Positions 55,879 through 64,000 of a DNA stretch of 64,000 bases are shown piece after piece. The DNA is from Adineta vaga. Lineage: Eukaryota > Animalia > Rotifera. The stretch's first letter is position 1. Every line of letters begins with the position of its first letter. The notes under the pieces are model-generated. The model had not been told where the DNA came from and ran no database searches. It saw only the letters and a program-made list of their open reading frames with translations. The position numbers and the translations under genes are program-made. The DNA lies in assembly GCA_021613535.1 (NCBI GenBank), contig CP075494.1:8804001-8868000 (forward strand). The letters run 5' to 3'.

Positions 55879-56780
55879 CATTTAATCACGCCATTCTTCT
55901 TTTTCTTCACGAACTGTCTTTTTTTATACGTAAACATACAGATACACAATGTCAGATATCAACATTTGATGATACGATTTTCTATTTATGTCCTTCTTAT
56001 TTCACGTTAATGTATTAGAAACATTTAACTCTGCAGTTCTATCTTCTTCTTCTTCCTTTTTGTTCTATTGATCTGATGGATTTTTTGCCTCTTATACAAT
56101 ACAAATATAAACGGTTCTTAGTTTTTTATCGAAATTCATTTTTAAAACATAGAATCAAATGATTAGCATATTCGAAATCGGATAAGTGCATTGTGATCAA
56201 GTCTATGATTCATTATTGTTGTCTACTAATGATAGTTTGTTTAAGCTTTCGACTATTGTATCATTATTACCGATCATATTAGAACACTCGATCACAATTG
56301 TATTATGTAAGTGATAAAAAAAGACAGAGAAGTTTTTTCTATAAAATAAAATAACAAATGGAATTCTTTGAAAAACAATAGACGACAGTATCAATTTCAC
56401 ATTCATTTTACTGCTACCGTTAGTCTAACTTTCTCTCTTTCTCTCGCTGTCATTATTGAAGTAGACTGATAAAAGTAGGATCATATGTTCCTTTCGCCTC
56501 CTTATTACACGATCTGTAAATAAACTAATCCAAATGGTCCGTTGTATATACTTCGCTTCTGTCTCGACATATTTAGGTATACATGTATTGTTCGTATACA
56601 TATAACAAATAGTAATACACATCTTATTCAAAGCTATTCATTTACTTCAAACAGATGCTTGTTATTTGATCTATGCGTGTAAAACTTCTCTCTTCTCTTC
56701 TGTTAAACAATATTCAATGATAAAAATATTCATCGATCATCAATAACAATGAGCATTTCCATTGTATCAAAAGTCACACT

Positions 56781-58236
56781 ATGAGTAAAGTATCACTATG
56801 GTGGCTACTTATTGTAGTCTTTGAAAATATCTGTATTATCAAAACTGATTGGATTACAGGTAAGAAAAATCTTTAAAACCAATCATTGTCTATATCAATG
56901 AAATTGATTTAAAGGTAATCTTTGTTGGTCGATGCCTTGCATGAATGGAGGTTCTTGTTTTGGATCAACCTATACTTATCTTTGTGTATGTCCAGTTAAT
57001 TATAGTGGAGCTCTATGTGAAAAACGAATCGGTAAAAAATAAGTCAAATTATTATTTTCCATACTAGCTAATGACTATTTAAACATTAGGATTATGTCAA
57101 GAAAATTCCTGTGGTAATAATGGTTTATGTATTGAAACAAGTTTAACATCATTCGAATGTCAATGCTATTTTGGTTATACAGGTCCAACATGTGCTGAAC
57201 TTATTCCAAGAAATCAGTCCCAACTGTGGTCGTGTAAGTAAATAAACTATTTGTTTTCACTGTTCAATAACGTATCATTCTAGCATTGTTACCCGTTCAT
57301 ACACGAGTTTTATTTGATATATTACAAGAATCTTATAATGCTCAACGAAAAGAAAAATCTTCATCTGAAATTGATAACAATCAAATAGATATTAGTGGCT
57401 TAATGACTACGAATCAATTGAACTTTGATAATTCATTGTCAACAATAGAACAAGAAGATACATTCACAACAGTTCAGAGTGAAACAACAGAAACTGAATT
57501 TATTCTTAAAGCAGAAGAGATTGAACTAAAAAAGATCTTTTCAGACATAACTACTATACCAACAGTAGATGTTAGTACTGATCAAGTTATCGAATCTTCT
57601 GATCATATCACTTCGGACATTGTGACTACGGAAAATATGAGTACAACAAGTATGCATCAATTTGAACACACATTTGCAATGACAACTGAAGATCAAGAAA
57701 CCACTGATAGAACAGAACAAACAAGTGAATCAATCATATCTACATCGAATCCATCATCAACAGATACTGTTACTATCGCTACACAGAATTCCATTGAAGA
57801 AACAATGAACAATTTTGAAAATAATGTATTAACTACAGCAGAAATAACTGAAGCTATTTCTGATAATCTCATGACAACCACTTCGGCTGAAACTATTCAA
57901 ACATCTCGTTCTCCAACTGCAAATAAACGAATACTTTATAAATTATGTCGTAGAATTTTAGCACATATTTTTCCTCACACACCAACGATGGCTGATGTTG
58001 AAACTGCTCTATCATTACCATCGGATTCTTCATTGGCAAATAGTTCTAACACAACTGATACATTTCGATCTTGGCTTCAAAAACGTTTAAATATATCTAC
58101 AAATCATATTCAAACATCAACAAAAACATCGGTTTCATTCAATAATATTCAACAACGATTAATTCCATTACAACGTATCGATATCGATGATGTACTTCAT
58201 CAAATGAGTAACAGTCATCGTGATTCCGAACACTAA
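56781..58236 (+). CDS. Secreted protein with two EGF domains and a Thr/Ser/Glu-rich mucin-like region
   Basis: Signal-like N-terminus, EGF exons CWSMPCMNGGSC..CVCPVNYSGALC and CQENSCGNNGLC..CQCYFGYTGPTC bounded by phase-1 introns, then the long T/S-rich ORF 57286-58236. Confidence 0.8.
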
Positions 58237-58683
58237 TTGCTACTGTTTGATTATCTCATGGAACATTTTTTTGAACAAAATAAATTTCATTCTCTATCAC
58301 TTATGTATTAAATAATTCTCTATTCCCATAGGCTTTAAAAAATCTGGATAAATCGATGATTATCATCGTTACATAGTTTCAATTCATTTTAATGAAAGAA
58401 AGTTCGAAGTTATATAGAAACTGAAATTAGGTTAAAAAAAATATTGTTTGTACTTAGTTAATGGCAACCGATTAGTTCAACTTATTATTACTACTCGATA
58501 CTAAAACGAATGGAACATAAATGGGTTGCTCTGAGTCTTTCTTTTCTTTAAGTATAAATACTATGTTCATTAAAATAATTGTAATATGTTAAGTATGCGA
58601 GGGTGTTTCAACGACTAGAAATGCCTGACACAAAATCCACTATAATTGAGAATTTAAATGGAAAGTTGAAGAAGTAACTCGAC

Positions 58684-58692
58684 TATATAAAG
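58684..58692 (+). promoter_or_regulatory. Candidate TATA box of the 58740 neuropeptide gene
   Basis: TATATAAAA lies about 55 nt upstream of the ATG. Confidence 0.4.
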
Positions 58693-58739
58693 GTTCCGAT
58701 GTAATATAAACGCATTCATTTGAACGCACATTTAACATA

Positions 58740-59295
58740 ATGAATACTTATTATGCATTGCTGCTACTTGGTCTGATCTTTGCCGCTATAACAAATACAA
58801 TATCTCATCCGATTTATCATAGTCAACGTCATTACGATAAACATCCAATGTTTCCAACGATGAATCTAGAAAATCCACATGAAGACAATAACGTTTGGCA
58901 AGGAGTCTTCAAATCAATGGATGGTAAGTTATTCGCGCATAGGCGCAAATTAGAAAAACAATGATTTCTGAAGATTTTCTTTCGAATGAAATTGATTGGA
59001 AATTAGTTCTTCAATATTTTCTTTATTATATTCATAATGAAGATGCACAATTGATAAAAAAATCTACCACATTTATTATCATCATATGACAATCGATCAA
59101 ATAATGATCGGATAGAACCATTTTCAATTCATTCGAAACCAAATCTTACCTAGTACCACTATCGACTGATAGTGATGTGAATAATCTCAGATTTCTAATG
59201 GAAACAATTCTTCAACATACACAAATAGCAGAATTTTTCTAATTTTTTTATTTTTTATTTTAGAACGAACACGACGTGGTTGGGGTAGTGGTTGA
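58740..59295 (+). CDS. Small neuropeptide precursor, 71 aa (exons 58740-58923 and 59264-59295)
   Basis: Signal peptide MNTYYALLLLGLIFAAITNTIS. A GTAAGT donor and a polypyrimidine-TAG acceptor give the C-terminus ...SMDERTRR-GWGS-G-stop. AATAAA at ~59349. Confidence 0.78.
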
Positions 59296-59868
59296 CGATA
59301 AGAACATTTTTTATTTCATTGAAATTATACACAACGCTATCTTTTAACAATAAAATCATATGAAATGTTCCAAAAACATAAAAGAGCGTGAAAGCAAATA
59401 ATAAAATTTTCATTTCCAATCAATTTCTTATGCAGATCAGATTATTCTTAGCTCCGAAATTAATAGTTCGGGTTCAAAAAACAGTGTACGCTATCATGAT
59501 AATGTTTTATTTTTAAAGCACGTCATCCTAGGTACTCTAATCGGCTTTTTCAAAATCTTCTTACACCCATTTTTAGATTAATGAAATCAGAAATAAAAAT
59601 AAAATTCAATATATAAAAGAGTTACCAGGCGATGATATTACTAATCCAATCGGATATGCAATGATTAATATTTCTGCTCACATGAAAATCAATGAATAAA
59701 AGAGAAATATTCGAAGTCACCAATTGATGATTATATATTCATATGAAAATCAATGATTGTTTAATAACCTATTCAATCTATTCTCGATTGAGTGTAGGTG
59801 GAAGGTATCGAAAATTTCTTTTTCTCGTCTTTTTTATATTTGCTTGTATAAGTAATTCTTTTTCACTC

Positions 59869-60962
59869 ATGAATCGATACTCTACGGATGGAAATAATGT
59901 CTACTACACTTCTCGACAACAATCAAGTGGTATACGTGCATCAGGTTGGCAATCACCAACTCCAAATGTTTATAAATCAACATCAGCATTTGTACCGTTT
60001 ATTCGTCTTGTTGTTGATTGTCCATTTGGTTTTAAAAAATGTGATTATACAATTGATAAATCTCAACGTGGTCGTTTAACTATAGCTGCACGCCGTCGAC
60101 ATCGATTTAAATCTGATTATCTTCTTTCAAAAAATCCAAATCAAATCACTTATCAAACATTTATTATTCCATTAGATGCCGATGTTAATCAATTACAATC
60201 GCATATTGAACGTTCAACTAATCGTCTTATTATCGAAATTCCTCGTTTATCTCCAAGAAATACATATGTTCAGTCGAATCAATCACCTACGGTCGCTCAA
60301 GAGATTTATGATGATAAAAAATACAGTCAAAGATATGTAAATAATAATCAAAGAGTTGAATATCGAATTGACTGTCATGGTTATACAGCTGATCAATTGA
60401 ATGTATTTGTTCAAGGTCGAGATTTAATCGTACAAGGTAAAACTATACGATCTTCCTCGTCTGATCCAACTCAACCACATACATCACAAAAATTTTCACG
60501 TAAAATTCCATTAACAAATGCAATCGATTCATCACAAGTTGTATCCTATTTTGAAAATGGTGATTTGATTATTCAAGCACCACTTAAACCAAATAGTGGA
60601 AATATTGTTTCATCTGCACCAATAGTATCAAATAGAACGACAGATGAGTATGTTCGTGTTCAATCATCAACACCAACAAATTCACACAACAACAACAACA
60701 ACAACATTATCATCGACGACCGGAACGTTCAAATCGTCGTCAATCACCAAGTCCAATACAACGAGAACATTCTGCTGAAAGTCTCGCACATCCTTCTTAT
60801 CGTTTATCACGAGATTTTGACGAAAATCGATCTCGACGACCTGTTATTCAAGAACGACATTTTGATAATAGTCGAAGTGATTCACTTCATCAACCAACAC
60901 GTAGAACTGTAACAACTAGAACAACATACCGTACTTCAGCTATTGACAACGATAGTGATTAA
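59869..60962 (+). CDS. Intronless small heat-shock protein with two alpha-crystallin-like domains; probable 1-nt indel at ~60686
   Basis: Domain 1 ends FIIPLDADVNQLQSHI..RLIIEIP. Domain 2 is IDCHGYTADQLNVFVQGRDLIVQGK..KFSRKIPL..IDSSQVVSYFENGDLIIQAP. Confidence 0.82.
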
Positions 60963-61773
60963 AATTATTATTTCTTAAATAAATTGCTTTTTATTATAAA
61001 GTCTTTTATACGTTACATCGAATCTCTTATTTTATACTCGATTCATGTACACTGAATGAACTAGGACCTAGTGTGCATTCTTATGTGCTTTGTTTATTCT
61101 TTTAACAAGGAATGAAAATGTTTGAATTCATTATATAAGCAGATATGTCAGTTGAGTATGTAACTGTCTGCACTTATTCACAGAGACATTTTACAAGTGA
61201 CTATATATAGATTCGTCGAGTGAAAAATCAAAACAGAGAAGATAAAATGATAAAACAAAATCTATGAATACTTGAAAAATAATCGCTATCGTGTGTGTGT
61301 GTCTATGTGTTCTTTTTTTCTTCGTTCGTTGAACTCGATCAATGCTTGCGCTATACAATATGATCTCACCTTACTGTTCATGAACATGCACATATGCACA
61401 AGTTCAACGCGTGATAACTAAACAGAATTGTACGATCGAGCGGTGAAATGATGAATCTCGAAAAACAAAGTCCATAATCATCGTGGCATGTAGAGAAAAA
61501 TAGATTTATTCGCTCTATTCGTCGCGGTCGAATATGGACAAAGAGAGAGAGAAAAGTAGCATGTTGCTATATACTTTTCTCCCTCTCTCTCTCTTTTTTT
61601 TTGCCTTTCACACTCCCATTTTCTTCGATATTACATTCAACTAGGAACTTTTACCACGTTGGACTTGAGATAAGACAATATTATCGTTTTGATCACAAGT
61701 CGAGCCCCTCAAAAGTAAATATCTTACATAAAAACTGATAATTTTCATGCGTTTATTTTCTGTTAATCTTAGT

Positions 61774-63069
61774 ATGTATTCTCCAGCACGTAAAGTGCGT
61801 GCTTCACTAATCAGACGAACATTATTTTTAATCATAACTGGTATTCTTAGTGGTCTTCTACTAATTGAAACAGTTCTTGAATTCGGTGATAAATCAACAA
61901 AAACTTCCTATGAACCAACACGAAGTGCTGGTTTAATGTTAAATCGTTCTCAAATGTTATTAGCCAAAGAAGTTCTTCTTGAACCATTCTTATTTTCTTG
62001 TGCACCGAAATTCGATAAAACATCTCCAAAATATCCACTCTATATTATTATCAAAACTAGAGCTGTGTCATCAGGTACATATTTACAACGAAGAATGTTT
62101 ACAAGATCGAGTTGGGGTCGTGAAGCGCATGCACTTGGAATTCCCGTTATATATGCAATTGGAAAACCAAAAGATGATCATGTACAAATGATGCTCGAGC
62201 TTGAAAATAAAAATTATGGAGATTTACTACAATTTAATTATATAGGTATGAAAATACATAAAACTAGATATTTTTGAACAAGAAAACTTCTTGTTTTCGT
62301 AGATGCTTATTACAATATTACGATTAAATCAACAGGTATTTTTAATTGGTTTGCAACACGTGGTTGTCAACATGTAACGCCTTATCTATTTGTTGTTGAC
62401 GATGATGTTCTATTGAATCTTCCACCATTCTTAGCAATGATATCTAGTCATATGTTTAACTTTAATACCATTTATGGTTTATATCTTGCTGATATTGAAC
62501 CACATCCAACTGGTAAATGGTCTGTTAGTTTAACTGACTTTCCCAATCGAACATATCCTACATTTATTATTGGTGCTTCAATATTATATCCTTCTATAAT
62601 TGTACCTCGATTAGTTGATGGTGTATATAACTTAGTAGACAAAAATCAACCAATTCTATTCTTGGATGATGTTCTTTTTAGTGGAATCATTGCTGAACAA
62701 TTAGGTATTCAACGTGCTCCGATGTCTGGTATTGAAGATTGTTCATATACAGATTTATTTTCATGTATTATTATAACGGAATGTAGTAATCTACGACGTT
62801 TGTATATTTGGTCAAAATTTATTCTCACTCGTCTTGGACAAGATACATGTGAAATTAATCGTTTAATTAATAAGACAAGTTATACAAAATGGCGTGGAGA
62901 TTTTGTACATATGCGAAATGGCACAGCTATTATTCAAACAAATGAATTGAATCAACCAATATTCATTATTTTATCTGATTATCATTCGAAGATATCTTTT
63001 CTCGTATTACTAATTCTAATTTTTGTATTTATTTCTGTTAAATTGAGTCAAGGACAAAAATTTAAATAA
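61774..63069 (+). CDS. Beta-1,3-galactosyltransferase family (GT31) protein (intron 62246-62302)
   Basis: Type II N-terminal TM, RRMFTRSSWG, ENKNYGDLLQFNYIDAYYNITIK, VDDDV (DxD), KWSVS..FP..YP and LDDVLFSGIIA. Confidence 0.9.
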
Positions 63070-64000
63070 AATTAGCTGTATGACAGCCACTTTCAATAAA
63101 TACATTGGTTTTAATATATTACTTGAAACTTTATTCGACGTTTCGACTGTTTAGACGGTCATTATCAAGATTGACAAGCTTATAATTTGATGTTTTAAAT
63201 TTAATTTTACAATATTTCAAGATTAAATAAGACGATGGAGAAGAGAACAGAACAGAAATCTATGAAATAGAAACAATGCATATGATTCGAGGAACAACAG
63301 TTTTTTAGTATGTTCTTTTCGAATTTAGGATAGGATTGGGGAGAAACGTAATGAAGAAAAATTATATGCATAAACGTACAGTAGTATTGTGTGTTTTTCG
63401 ATTCAATTATGAATCGTACGTTTTTATTATCAAGGATTCTTCTAGTAATTTTTCTTCTTTCGATGTTTCATTACAGTACTTGTATTATCTTTTCTTTTGT
63501 ATCGGTTTCATTGTTATTCAATCCTGTTCAAGTAATTATGCATTTGATTGTTGTTAACGTTACTGATGTTATCGTTGGTGTTGTTGTCGAATGTCTACCA
63601 TTATTATTTGTATTTACCGGAAGAATTTCACTATCATTTGTATCTAGTTTATTGGTTGATATTGGAGTTGTATCTTTTGAAATCTTGATTTGTGCTATGT
63701 ATTATTTCACTGTTTTACTTACAGTGGGTGTTGGATGTGATTTGACATGATTTCATGTATGTTCAATTTATTTTAGTTATTTAAATGATTGTATTCTGTT
63801 AAAAGATATGTTGCTATAGTATATTTTGCAGATCTTTGTTGAGTAGATTTTCTAAGAGACTTTTTTTTAATCAATAAAAAGGTAGAAATGTTGTGAGCAT
63901 GTCTATTCAATAGTTTATGTAGTTTATCTTCTAGCTATTTTAGTTTTGAGCGTATTTTTAAGATTAGAAACCATTATATTGTTCAGTATCATGGGTAATT

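Noticed and set aside
59743-59868. Hydrophobic N-terminal extension of the sHSP ORF
   Set aside because: A T-rich UTR-like stretch. ATG 59869 is the more plausible start for a cytosolic sHSP.
63336-63750. Hydrophobic plus-strand ORFs and a Thr/Asn-rich minus-strand frame
   Set aside because: Low complexity, and no coherent gene model could be built. It might be the 3' end or remnant of a gene beyond the window.

Overview
AT-rich, gene-dense eukaryotic (metazoan) genomic DNA with many short (~45-70 nt) GT-AG introns. The composition, intron size, divergent orphan GPCRs and a fungal-type transporter suggest a bdelloid rotifer (inference, not verified). By manual splicing I can build about 21 protein-coding genes: a 5-HT7-like receptor, ATG16, a fungal-type sugar porter, two orphan GPCRs, two tandem NR1-type nuclear receptors, an orphan with FoxN/J-like motifs, a DBS/MCF2L RhoGEF, Rab27, AMPK-gamma, MKK7, tektin, a Pox-neuro-like Pax gene, two neuropeptide precursors, an SLC49-type MFS transporter, ABCB8, DPF/Requiem, SLBP, an EGF-mucin protein, a double alpha-crystallin sHSP and a GT31 glycosyltransferase. 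There is also a possible partial gene running off the left edge. I saw no rRNA, tRNA, CRISPR, telomeric repeat or recognisable transposon. The most notable items are: two apparently novel amidated-neuropeptide precursors (one with its only peptide in a 32-nt terminal exon missed by the ORF track, one facing an orphan GPCR); a Poxn that keeps the PAI subdomain and octapeptide but lacks a recognisable RED subdomain; nuclear receptors with a CAPCKA P-box and remodelled second zinc fingers; an intron-bearing fungal-like HGT candidate; and obligatory micro-exons (7 and 14 nt) inside catalytic motifs. All family calls come from motif recognition by eye, with no database search.
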